This document shows, piece after piece, positions 38,300-48,013 of a stretch of 64,000 nucleotides of DNA (positions are counted from its first letter, which is position 1; each line of letters starts with the position of its first letter). This DNA comes from Mesotaenium endlicherianum (lineage: Eukaryota): the NCBI GenBank assembly GCA_009602735.1, contig WELA01000930.1:1-64000 (forward strand), written 5' to 3'. Below the pieces are notes generated by a model. That model saw nothing but the letters and a program-made list of their open reading frames with translations, made no database searches and was not told the DNA's origin. The position numbers and the translations under genes are program-made.

Positions 38300-40015
38300 A
38301 TGCCCAACGATTCATTGCACATCAACAACAAAGCAACTACACAAAATACTTACGACGCCATTGTAATAGGCTCGGGCATCAGCGGCGGATGGGCCGCAAA
38401 AGAATTGACCGAAAAAGGGTTGAAAGTATTGATGCTCGAAAGAGGAAAACAACATGAGCACATCAAAGATTATGCGACTGCGAATAAAGATCCCTGGCAG
38501 TTTGAACACAGGGGCCGGACCACTGCAGAACAAAGAAAAAAATATCCGGTTATACATAGGGGGTGGGCGGCCAGCGAAGCTGTGATGGATGCCTGGGTAA
38601 ATGAAGAAGATTGTCCGTATACGGAAATCAAACCCTTCACCTGGTGGCGTAGTTACCGGATGGGAGGACGATCTGTTTTATGGGGCAGGCAGAGCTACCG
38701 GTTGAGCGATCTTGATTTTGAAGCCAATGCCAAAGAAGGCGTTGGGGTTGACTGGCCCATTCGTTACAAAGACATTGCACCCTGGTACGATCATGTAGAA
38801 AAATTTGCGGGCATCAGCGGTTCGCTGGAAGGTTTGCCGCACCTGCCCGACGGGCAATTCCTTCCGCCAATGGATCTTAACTGTGTGGAGAAAGATGTAG
38901 CGGCCCGTATCAAAACACAATACAAGGGAGCCAGGCACCTGATCATCGGCAGGGTGGCCAACTTAACGGCGCCCATTCCGGGAAGGACCCAGTGCCAGTT
39001 CCGCAACAGGTGTTGGGAGGGATGTCCGTTCGGTGGCTATTTCAGCACGCAATCTTCTACTTTACCCGCAGCCATGAAAACGGGTAATTTAACGGTGCGT
39101 CCCGATGCTATTGTAACAAGGCTGCTATACGATAAAGACAGTAAAAAAGTGAAAGGCGTGGAAGTACTGGATGCTGTCAACAACAAGACTTATGTATACC
39201 ATGCGAAGATCGTATTCCTCAATGCATCTGCGTTGAACTCTGCATGGGTATTGTTCAATACCGCCACGGATATTTGGCCGGGCGGACTGGGCAGCAGCAG
39301 TGGCGAATTGGGGCATAATGTGATGGATCATCATTATAACCTGGGGGCAAGTGGCCAGGTAGAAGGCTATGAAGACAAATATTATTATGGCAGACGGGCC
39401 AATGGATTTTATATTCCCCGGTTTGTAAATATCGGCAGCGACAAAAGAGACTACCTGCGAGGCTTTGGCTACCAGGGAGGGGCCAGCAGGGCAGGATGGA
39501 GCCGGAGCGTTGCAGAATTAGAGATAGGTGCGGGATTCAAAGAAGCGCTCACCGAGCCGGGCGGCTGGAGCATTGGCGCTACAGGGTTTGGTGAAATCCT
39601 GCCTTATCATGAAAACAAGATCATGCTGGATGCGAACCGGAAAGACAAATGGGGATTACCGGTGCTGGCCATGGATTGTGAGTTGAGGGAAAACGAATTG
39701 AAAATGCGGAAAGATATTGTAGCGGAAATGAAAGCTATGCTTGAAGCATCGGGCGTGAAACAAGTGAATACCTGGGACCAGGGGCATGCGATCGGACATG
39801 GTATCCACGAAATGGGAACAGCCCGTATGGGAAGAGATCCGAAGACATCGGTACTGAATGGCCATAACCAGGTGTGGGATGCGCCGAATGTATTCGTTAC
39901 CGATGGCGCGTGCATGGTTTCTTCAGCCTGCCAGAATCCTTCACTCACTTATATGGCATTAACGGCCAGGGCAGCCAACTATGCGGTAGACGAATTAAAG
40001 AAGGGAAACTTGTAA
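38300..40015 (+). CDS. GMC-family FAD oxidoreductase (glucoside 3-dehydrogenase-like), copy 1
   Basis: VIGSGISGGWAAKEL, CQFRNRCWEGC Fe-S motif, IHEMGTARMG, QNPSLT. Confidence 0.9.
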   Translation: MPNDSLHINNKATTQNTYDAIVIGSGISGGWAAKELTEKGLKVLMLERGKQHEHIKDYATANKDPWQFEHRGRTTAEQRKKYPVIHRGWAASEAVMDAWVNEEDCPYTEIKPFTWWRSYRMGGRSVLWGRQSYRLSDLDFEANAKEGVGVDWPIRYKDIAPWYDHVEKFAGISGSLEGLPHLPDGQFLPPMDLNCVEKDVAARIKTQYKGARHLIIGRVANLTAPIPGRTQCQFRNRCWEGCPFGGYFSTQSSTLPAAMKTGNLTVRPDAIVTRLLYDKDSKKVKGVEVLDAVNNKTYVYHAKIVFLNASALNSAWVLFNTATDIWPGGLGSSSGELGHNVMDHHYNLGASGQVEGYEDKYYYGRRANGFYIPRFVNIGSDKRDYLRGFGYQGGASRAGWSRSVAELEIGAGFKEALTEPGGWSIGATGFGEILPYHENKIMLDANRKDKWGLPVLAMDCELRENELKMRKDIVAEMKAMLEASGVKQVNTWDQGHAIGHGIHEMGTARMGRDPKTSVLNGHNQVWDAPNVFVTDGACMVSSACQNPSLTYMALTARAANYAVDELKKGNL

Positions 40016-40025
40016 GAAGCAAGGA

Positions 40026-40916
40026 TCAGAAAAATATCCTGGCTTCAGATGTATAGGTTTTTTTAAACTCTTTGGGAGTACAGCCTTTCTTCTTTTTAAA
40101 GGTATGGTTGAAATTAGAGATATTGTTGAACCCGCAGGTGTAAGCAATCTCTGCAACAGATTGTGTGGTATTGATGAGCATACGTGAGGCATGACCAAGA
40201 CGGATATCGGTCATGCGTTCAATAAAAGTCATGCCGGTACGGGCTTTGAAAAAGCGGCTGAAAGCAGATTCCGCCATATTGGTCAGGGCAGCTACTTCTG
40301 ACAGGGAAACGGGTCTTTGAAAATGTTCATTCATGTATTCCATTACTTTTTCTATACGCCGGCTGTTGTAAGAAAGGTGTTCGGTATTACTGAAAGTGGT
40401 GTTGGCGAGCAAACGCGTATGCCGGGAAATAGATAATTCATGCAGGATGGACATTAATTCAAGCACCGATTCAAAGCCCTCTTTTTTATAGAGGCGCATG
40501 ATGCGATAGGAAAGCAATTTCGCTGTTTCATAAGAAAACAAAACACCCCTTTGTGCTTTCTCCAGCATATTACGCATAGCAGCCAATTGGCTACGTTGCA
40601 GAAAACTTTCTTCGAAAAGGTCGTGGTGAAACTGGATGGTTACTTCTGTGATATCGGTGTTATCGCATTTATGCTGAAACCAGGCATGTTGCAGCTCCGG
40701 ACCAATGAGCACCAGTTCAAGATCGGCAATCTCTTCTATATTATCTCCTACCACACGCCTGATTCCTTTGCCGTTTGTGATAAAGTTCAGTTCGAACGCT
40801 TTGTGGTAATGAATGGGCAAATCGAAAACACTCTTGTTTTTATTGAAAAAAACATGGAAGCAATCAGATTGAGCAAGCGGTGTGAACTCCTGCAATATTT
40901 CTCTTTGTGCAGCCAA
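40026..40916 (-). CDS. AraC-family transcriptional regulator
   Basis: Cupin N-terminus (IHYH), HTH FSRFFK...CGFNNISNFN...TPKEF; TTG start. Confidence 0.9.
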   Translation of the reverse strand: MAAQREILQEFTPLAQSDCFHVFFNKNKSVFDLPIHYHKAFELNFITNGKGIRRVVGDNIEEIADLELVLIGPELQHAWFQHKCDNTDITEVTIQFHHDLFEESFLQRSQLAAMRNMLEKAQRGVLFSYETAKLLSYRIMRLYKKEGFESVLELMSILHELSISRHTRLLANTTFSNTEHLSYNSRRIEKVMEYMNEHFQRPVSLSEVAALTNMAESAFSRFFKARTGMTFIERMTDIRLGHASRMLINTTQSVAEIAYTCGFNNISNFNHTFKKKKGCTPKEFKKTYTSEARIFF

Positions 40917-41112
40917 TAGAAAAAAGTTTATGCGATAGTTTTATTCAGGACGAACTCGTTTTCTAATATCGGTAATTATTTAGACAAAACTTGCTTTTGA
41001 TATGCTGCACCATAATAGAAGCTGGAATGCTTATGAATGCTTGTTAGTATAATATTGACAATAAAATATTTTTATCTTTAACTTATATTCTACACCTCAT
41101 ACTGTAACGATT

Positions 41113-42837
41113 ATGCCAGATACTTCTTCGGTTGCTCCAGCCGTTCATTCAACTACTACTGCGTCTCATTCTTATGATGCCATTGTGATTGGCTCGGGTA
41201 TCAGTGGCGGATGGGCCGCCAAAGAACTCTGTGAAAAAGGCTTGAAAACATTATTGCTCGAAAGAGGGCGCGATGTGGTACACCTGAAAGATTATCCTAC
41301 TGCCACCAAGAACCCCTGGGATTTTCCGCACCGCGGTAAAATGCCGGATGCATTTATCAAGGAAAATCCGGTGCTTACCAAATGTTATGCGTTGAGCGAA
41401 GCTAGTGAACATTTCTTTGTGAAAGACCACCAGCATCCTTATATCCAGGAAGCGCCTTTCGATTGGATACGTGGTTATCAGGTAGGTGGTAAATCTTTAT
41501 TGTGGGCGCGTGCCACGCAGCGCTGGAGCCGCTTTGATTTTGAGGGACCTGCCAGGGATGGTTTTGCGGTGGACTGGCCCATCCGGTATGAAGACCTGGC
41601 GCCATGGTATTCCCATGTAGAGCTTTTTGCCGGTATCAGTGGTAATAAAGATGGGTTGGAAACCCTTCCGGATGGTGAATTTCTTCCACCCTGGGAAATG
41701 AATTGTGCTGAGAAAGAACTGCAGCAAAAGATAATGGCAAATTATAAAGACCGGTACGTGGTACAGGGGCGATGTGCGCATCTTACCAAACCGAATGCAA
41801 TTCACCTGCAACAAGGCAGGGGGCAGTGCCAGGCCAGGAATTTGTGTGAACGGGGGTGTCCTTTCGGAGGATATTTCAGCTCCAATTCCTCTACTATTCC
41901 CTGGGCGCAAAAAACAGGAAACCTTACGCTGCGGCCCGATTCGGTTGTGCATTCCATCATTTATGATGAGCAGCAGGGTAAAGCTACAGGTGTGCGGGTG
42001 ATCGATGCAGTTACCAGGAAGGCAACGGAATTTTTTGCGAAAATCATTTTTGTGAATGCTGCATGTTTGAATACGAATTTGATCTTATTGAATTCGGTTT
42101 CACGGCGTTTTCCAAACGGATTGGGAAATGACAGTGGTTTATTGGGCAAATACGTAGCTTTTCACAATTACCGGGGAACCCTTACGGCCAATTATGATGG
42201 GCCGAAAGACAAATATTATTATGGCCGCAAGCCAACGGCGGCCATGATGCCCAACTTCAGGAATGTGTACCGGCAGGAAATGGATTTTCTCCGCGGTTAT
42301 ATGGTGCATTTCAGCGCGAGCAGGGGCCGGGCTTCAGCAGAGGGTATTGGTGGTAATTATAAAGATGCCATCACAGAAGCAGGCGACTGGCATATTTTTA
42401 TGATGATGCAGGGTGAAACCATTCCCAAAGAGACCAATCACCTGCGTTTGAGTAAAGACCAGAAAGATGAATGGGGTATCCCGCAACTCGTTGTTTCGGT
42501 AAAGTATGATGAAAACGATGAGAAGCTGCTCAAAGATTTCCTGGAACAGGGTGCTGAGATGCTGCAAAAAGCAGGGGCATCGGATATCCGGCCGAACGAC
42601 AGTAAACAGGCGCCTGGATTAGATATACATGAAATGGGAGGTGTACGCATGGGACATGACCCCAAGACTTCTTTACTCAATCGCTGGAATCAGTTGCACC
42701 ATTGTAACAATGTATTTGTTACTGACGGTGCTTGTATGACTTCTGTGAGTACACAGAATCCCTCGCTGACCTTCATGGCCATTACAGCCAGGGCAGCCAA
42801 TCATGCGGTGGAGGAATTGAAGAAAGGGAATTTGTAA
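41113..42837 (+). CDS. GMC-family FAD oxidoreductase, copy 2
   Basis: VIGSGISGGWAAKEL, CQARNLCERGC, IHEMGGVRMG, QNPSLT. Confidence 0.9.
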   Translation: MPDTSSVAPAVHSTTTASHSYDAIVIGSGISGGWAAKELCEKGLKTLLLERGRDVVHLKDYPTATKNPWDFPHRGKMPDAFIKENPVLTKCYALSEASEHFFVKDHQHPYIQEAPFDWIRGYQVGGKSLLWARATQRWSRFDFEGPARDGFAVDWPIRYEDLAPWYSHVELFAGISGNKDGLETLPDGEFLPPWEMNCAEKELQQKIMANYKDRYVVQGRCAHLTKPNAIHLQQGRGQCQARNLCERGCPFGGYFSSNSSTIPWAQKTGNLTLRPDSVVHSIIYDEQQGKATGVRVIDAVTRKATEFFAKIIFVNAACLNTNLILLNSVSRRFPNGLGNDSGLLGKYVAFHNYRGTLTANYDGPKDKYYYGRKPTAAMMPNFRNVYRQEMDFLRGYMVHFSASRGRASAEGIGGNYKDAITEAGDWHIFMMMQGETIPKETNHLRLSKDQKDEWGIPQLVVSVKYDENDEKLLKDFLEQGAEMLQKAGASDIRPNDSKQAPGLDIHEMGGVRMGHDPKTSLLNRWNQLHHCNNVFVTDGACMTSVSTQNPSLTFMAITARAANHAVEELKKGNL

Positions 42838-42849
42838 ATCCCTGATTTT

Positions 42850-42870
42850 ATTGTGTATTTTTTACACTAT
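42850..42870. promoter_or_regulatory. Putative NrtR/AraR-type operator upstream of susC
   Basis: ATTGTGT-ATTTTTT-ACACTAT, i.e. GTGT-N7-ACAC. Confidence 0.6.
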
Positions 42871-42986
42871 CAATAGGGCAAAATACTACAACAAAATGTT
42901 AAAAAAGGACAGATGCTTCTTAAGCAATCGTTTTAAATTGCGTGTTGTAACGCTATTCGTCTATATCTAATTAACCCAACATTGCT

Positions 42987-45900
42987 ATGCCAACGAGAAA
43001 AAAACTACTCGCAAGGACCGTCATGCTTGCGATCCTCTTTGCGCTACTCAGCGCGGGCGCGTACGCCCAAAAAAGCCTCTCAGGTAAGGTAACAAACAAA
43101 GCCAATGGCCAGCCCATTGCAGGTGCTACCGTTCAATTGAAAGGTACTACCACAGTTGCTGTTACCAATGCTGAAGGTGTTTTTTCCATTCCTACCAAGG
43201 GTACCAGCGGTACTTTGGTAGTTTCTGTTATCGGTTTTGAACCTGTAGAACAGTCTATCAGTGGAAAAATCACTTTCAATTTTGCGCTATCAGAAACTAT
43301 CAGCCAGTTGAATGAAGTACTGGTTACCGGTTATTCTGTCCAGCGAAAAAAAGACATCACCGGTTCAGTATCTGTGGTGAATGTAAGAGACCTGAAAGCA
43401 GTGCCGGCAGGAAGTGGCGAACAACTCCTGCAAGGCCGGGCTTCCGGTGTCAACGTTATCACTTCAGGTCAACCAGGATCGGGCAGTAATATCCGTATCC
43501 GCGGTATTACTTCATTCGGTAATGTGGATCCCTTATACATCATTGATGGTGTGCAGGGAAGCATACGCGACCTCAACGCCAATGACATTGAGTCTATCCA
43601 GGTGTTGAAAGATGCGGGTGCTGCTTCAATTTATGGTGTGCGTGGTTCTAATGGAGTTATCATTGTAACTACGAAAAGGGGAAAATCAGGTAAAGCCACT
43701 GTTACTTATGATGCCTATGTGGGTACCCAACGCCCGGCTTCAGGTAATCCATTCCATTTGCTGAATACGCAGGAAATGGCAACAGCTACCTGGGCAGCTT
43801 TAAAAAATTCCGGACAAACACTAACCCATCCCCAGTACGGTTCAGGAGCTACTCCAATTATCCCCGATTACATCCTGGCAGGTGGTACTGCAGGAATTGT
43901 TGGATCAAGTCCGGCTACCGATCCATCTTTGTATAATATTGATTTCAGTAAACCCATTTATCAGATTGTACAGGCCAACAAGGTGGGCACAGACTGGTTT
44001 CATGAGATATTCAAGCCCGCAATGATACAGAGTCATACCGTTTCTGCCAGTGGGGGTAATGAAAAAAACACTTATTTATTTTCCCTGGGTTATTTAAACC
44101 AACAGGGCACCTTGATGAATACTTATCTGAAAAGGTATTCAGCACGTGTAAATACTACATTTAATATTAAGAACAACATCAGGGTGGGGGAAAACCTGTT
44201 CATCTATGCCAGGGAAAACCCTCAGATCGGCAACCTAAGTGAGGGAAATGAAATCTCTATGAGTTATCGTGAGCAGCCCATCATCCCGGTGTATGATATC
44301 AAAGGAGGATTTGCGGGTACTGCTGCTAAAGGCTTGGGTAATGCGCAGAATCCTGTAGCTATGCGAGTGAGGGCCGCTGATAACAAAGGATATTCCTGGG
44401 ACATACAAGGTAACGCCTATGCAGAAGTAGATTTCCTGCGTCATTTGACTGCCAGGACTTCTTTTGGTGGTACACTTGATAACTTCTATTATTACTATTA
44501 TGGTTACCGCAGTTATGAGAATGCGGAGAACAACGGTTCCAATTCATTCAGCGAAAATGCCGGCTACAACCGTTCATGGACCTGGACCAATACAGTAACC
44601 TATAGCAATGTTTTTGCTGAGAAACACAATGTAAAAGCGCTGGCGGGTATAGAAGCAGTAGAGTCGTATGGCCGTGGTGTAGGTGGTGGAGCATTGGGAT
44701 TCTTTACGGATAATCCGAATTTCCGCACCCTTAGCAATGGTTCATCTGGTTTTACCAATTACAGCAACGTATACCAGAATTCATTGTATTCTTTATTCGG
44801 CAGAGTGGATTATGCTTATAATGATAAATACCTGCTTAGCGGAACCATCAGAAGAGATGGATCTTCCAGGTTTGGTGCAGATAAACGTTATGGTATATTC
44901 CCGGCCTTTTCATTGGGATGGCGTATATCCCGTGAATCTTTCCTCAGGGATGTATCATGGATATCTGACCTGAAACTGCGTGGAAGCTGGGGTAAACTGG
45001 GCAACCAGTTGAACGTAAATCCGGCCAATGCTTTCAGTCTTTATGGTGGTGGACCGGGATCATCTTATTATGATATCAATGGAACCAGCACCAGTTCTGT
45101 ACAAGGCTTTATTGCTACCCGTATCGGTAACCCAAAAACAGGTTGGGAAGAGGATGTGTTAACGAATTTTGGCTTGGATGCGGCATTGTTCAAAAACAAA
45201 CTGGACATCTCTTTTGAATACTATAAAAAATCGATCAATGGATTATTGTTCACTGACCAGGCTCCTGCAACAGTAGGTGGTGCTACCCTGCCCGTTGTAA
45301 ACATCGGTAATATTGAGAATAAAGGTTTTGATTTCTCCGCTACTTATCATGGAACTGCTTCAAAAGACCTCAAGTTCGATATCGGTTTGATTGTAACCAC
45401 TTATAAGAGCAATATCACTGATATTCCAGGACAATACTTTGAAGCGGGTGGCTCACGTATCGGAAATTTTGTTCGGAATGCAGTAGGTCACCCCATTGGC
45501 GCTTTTTATGGCTATGATGTAGTAGGGCTGTTCAGCGGTGCCGATGATGTAAGTAAATCTGCTACTCAAAAATTTGCTGCTCCGGGTCGATTCAAATACC
45601 GTGATGTGAACGGAGATGGCAAGATCACTGCTGATGACAGAACCTTTTTCGGTGACCCCAACCCCAAGTTCACAGGTGGGTTAAATCTGAACGTATCGTA
45701 TAAAGATTTTGATTTGTCCATGTTCATGTATGGTTCTTTCGGCAATGACGTGATTAACTATGTCCGTTACTGGACGGATTTCTATCCTTCTTTCCAGGGA
45801 GTGAAGAGCAAGGATATGCTGTACGGTTCTTGGACACCCAGCAACACCGGGGCCAAAACACCCATTATTGAGAACGAATCTAACTTCAGCAACAATGGCG

Positions 45901-46166
45901 TTGTGAACTCTTACTATAAAGAGGATGGTTCTTATCTCAGGTGTAAATCACTGATCCTGGGCTATACCATACCTTCTACCACACTGAAAAAATGGGGTAT
46001 CGAAAAATTCAGGATATACTTGCAAGCGGCTAACCTGTTTACGATTACCAAGTACACGGGTCTGGATCCCGAGCTGTCTGGTTCCAACGCAGCATTCGGC
46101 ATCGATTATGGTAACTACCCCAATAATCAGAAAAATTATAATGTGGGTGTAAGTGTTACATTCTAA
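42987..46166 (+). CDS. susC: SusC/RagA TonB-linked outer membrane transporter
   Basis: DIESIQVLKDAGAASIYGVRGSNGVIIVTTK, RRDGSSRF, C-terminal F. Confidence 0.95.
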   Translation: MPTRKKLLARTVMLAILFALLSAGAYAQKSLSGKVTNKANGQPIAGATVQLKGTTTVAVTNAEGVFSIPTKGTSGTLVVSVIGFEPVEQSISGKITFNFALSETISQLNEVLVTGYSVQRKKDITGSVSVVNVRDLKAVPAGSGEQLLQGRASGVNVITSGQPGSGSNIRIRGITSFGNVDPLYIIDGVQGSIRDLNANDIESIQVLKDAGAASIYGVRGSNGVIIVTTKRGKSGKATVTYDAYVGTQRPASGNPFHLLNTQEMATATWAALKNSGQTLTHPQYGSGATPIIPDYILAGGTAGIVGSSPATDPSLYNIDFSKPIYQIVQANKVGTDWFHEIFKPAMIQSHTVSASGGNEKNTYLFSLGYLNQQGTLMNTYLKRYSARVNTTFNIKNNIRVGENLFIYARENPQIGNLSEGNEISMSYREQPIIPVYDIKGGFAGTAAKGLGNAQNPVAMRVRAADNKGYSWDIQGNAYAEVDFLRHLTARTSFGGTLDNFYYYYYGYRSYENAENNGSNSFSENAGYNRSWTWTNTVTYSNVFAEKHNVKALAGIEAVESYGRGVGGGALGFFTDNPNFRTLSNGSSGFTNYSNVYQNSLYSLFGRVDYAYNDKYLLSGTIRRDGSSRFGADKRYGIFPAFSLGWRISRESFLRDVSWISDLKLRGSWGKLGNQLNVNPANAFSLYGGGPGSSYYDINGTSTSSVQGFIATRIGNPKTGWEEDVLTNFGLDAALFKNKLDISFEYYKKSINGLLFTDQAPATVGGATLPVVNIGNIENKGFDFSATYHGTASKDLKFDIGLIVTTYKSNITDIPGQYFEAGGSRIGNFVRNAVGHPIGAFYGYDVVGLFSGADDVSKSATQKFAAPGRFKYRDVNGDGKITADDRTFFGDPNPKFTGGLNLNVSYKDFDLSMFMYGSFGNDVINYVRYWTDFYPSFQGVKSKDMLYGSWTPSNTGAKTPIIENESNFSNNGVVNSYYKEDGSYLRCKSLILGYTIPSTTLKKWGIEKFRIYLQAANLFTITKYTGLDPELSGSNAAFGIDYGNYPNNQKNYNVGVSVTF

Positions 46167-46196
46167 CCTTAATCCATTAAATGAAAAAAATTAAAT

Positions 46197-47924
46197 ATGA
46201 AAAAGTTTAGAATTCGAATATTAATCGTTGGAATAGCTGCAACACTTACCATGTTCTATGCTTGTTCCAAAAACTTTTTGGAGAAAGCTCCATTGGGTTC
46301 TCTGGATGAATCAACACTGGCTACCAAAGCGGGTGTTGACGGATTGCTGATTGGCGCTTATCACTTAGTGAGCGGCTTTGGTGGTGCAGGTGGCGGCTGG
46401 CAAACAGCAGCTTCCAACTGGGTATATGGTGGCGTGGCAAGTGATGATGCTTACAAAGGATCTGACCCTGGAGACCAGCCAGATATTGTACCCATTGAAA
46501 CCTATACTTCCAACGCATCCAACGGCTACTTTAACCAGAAATGGCAGGCAGTGTATGATGCTGTACAGCGGTGTAACTCTGTGTTGCGTGTAATGGCTAA
46601 AGCTTCTGACATTTCTGATGCAGATAAAAAAAGGATTGCCGCTGAAGCCCGCTTTTTAAGGGCGCACTTTCATTTTGAGGCAAAGAAAATGTGGAATAAA
46701 GTGCCTTATATAGATGAAAGCATCACTTATGCAGCGGGCAATTACAATGTGCCTAATGACAAAGACATCTGGCCCAACATAGAAGCCGATTTCCAGTATG
46801 CAATAGACAACCTTCCTGCTACGCAGACTGCAGTGGGGCGTGCCAACAAATGGGCTGCAATGGCATATTTAGCCAAAGTGTACATGTTTGAAAAGCAATA
46901 CGCTAAAGCATTGCCCCTTTTGAATAATGTGATAGCTAATGGAACTACAGCTTCTGGAAAAAAATATGCCCTGGTAAATTTTTCTGATAACTTCAATGCA
47001 GAAACAAAGAATAGTGCGGAAGCCGTATTTTCTGTACAACAATCTGTTAATGATAACTCTAATGGCAATAATGGTGGTTGGGGCGATGTATTGAACTTTC
47101 CTTATAATGGAGGCCCGGGTGGCTGTTGCGGATTCTACCAGCCTTCTCAAAGCCTGGTGAACTCTTACAAGGTAGATCCGATTACCGGTTTGCCTTTGCT
47201 GGACACCTGGAACAGTACCGATGTTAAGAACGACCAGGGCCTGAAGTCTACAGATCCGTTTACACCCGAAACGGGACCATTGGATCCCCGTCTTGACTGG
47301 ACTGTAGGCAGAAGAGGCCTTCCTTACCTGGATTGGGGTAATCACCCCGGTAACGACTGGATTCGTGATCAGAACAACGGTGGCCCTTATGCTCCGAAGA
47401 AAAATGTGTATTATAAACGCCAGGAAGGTTCCTTAACCGACAAATCATTCTGGACCAATGGCGTTACTGCCAATAACTATACCATTATCCGTTTTGCTGA
47501 TGTATTGCTTTGGGCAGCTGAGTGTGAAGTGGAAATAGGTAGCCTGGTCAATGCAATGAACTATGTGAACCAGGTAAGGAGCCGTGCTGCTAATCCCAAT
47601 GGATGGGTGAAAAACTCGAGCGGCTCGCCCGCAGCTAATTATATGGTTGGCCTTTATCTGGTATTCCCTGATCAGGCCTATGCCCGTAAAGCTGTCCGTT
47701 TTGAAAGAAAACTGGAGCTGGCTATGGAAGGACACCGCCATTTCGATCTCGTGCGTTATGGTACGGCGGCTACAGAACTGAATGCATATATGGCTAAGGA
47801 GAAACAATACCGCACTTATTTTAATGGTAAATCCTTTACTGCTGGAGTAAGTGAGTATTTCCCTATTCCGCAATCACAAATAGATCTTAGTAAAGGAACA
47901 CTTAAACAGAATCCTGGTTATTGA
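46197..47924 (+). CDS. susD: SusD/RagB lipoprotein
   Basis: Lipobox YAC, AEARFLRA, IRFADVLL, ERKLELAMEGHR, QNPGY. Confidence 0.95.
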   Translation: MKKFRIRILIVGIAATLTMFYACSKNFLEKAPLGSLDESTLATKAGVDGLLIGAYHLVSGFGGAGGGWQTAASNWVYGGVASDDAYKGSDPGDQPDIVPIETYTSNASNGYFNQKWQAVYDAVQRCNSVLRVMAKASDISDADKKRIAAEARFLRAHFHFEAKKMWNKVPYIDESITYAAGNYNVPNDKDIWPNIEADFQYAIDNLPATQTAVGRANKWAAMAYLAKVYMFEKQYAKALPLLNNVIANGTTASGKKYALVNFSDNFNAETKNSAEAVFSVQQSVNDNSNGNNGGWGDVLNFPYNGGPGGCCGFYQPSQSLVNSYKVDPITGLPLLDTWNSTDVKNDQGLKSTDPFTPETGPLDPRLDWTVGRRGLPYLDWGNHPGNDWIRDQNNGGPYAPKKNVYYKRQEGSLTDKSFWTNGVTANNYTIIRFADVLLWAAECEVEIGSLVNAMNYVNQVRSRAANPNGWVKNSSGSPAANYMVGLYLVFPDQAYARKAVRFERKLELAMEGHRHFDLVRYGTAATELNAYMAKEKQYRTYFNGKSFTAGVSEYFPIPQSQIDLSKGTLKQNPGY

Positions 47925-47948
47925 TCAATTGATTGATTAAATTATGTG

Positions 47949-47977
47949 AGAGGTAGGGTACTGCTCTACCTCTTTTC
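47949..47977 (+). terminator. Hairpin or weak terminator after susD
   Basis: AGAGGTAGGG/CTCTACCTCT stem followed by TTTC. Confidence 0.55.
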
Positions 47978-48013
47978 ATTTATTTTAGTACTTCCAGATT
48001 CAACATTGCACAA

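Noticed and set aside
42879..42909. Possible AraC direct-repeat site upstream of susC (CAAAATACTA-N11-TAAAAAAGGA)
   Set aside because: The match is weak and mostly A-runs, and it is not clearly repeated at the other promoters.
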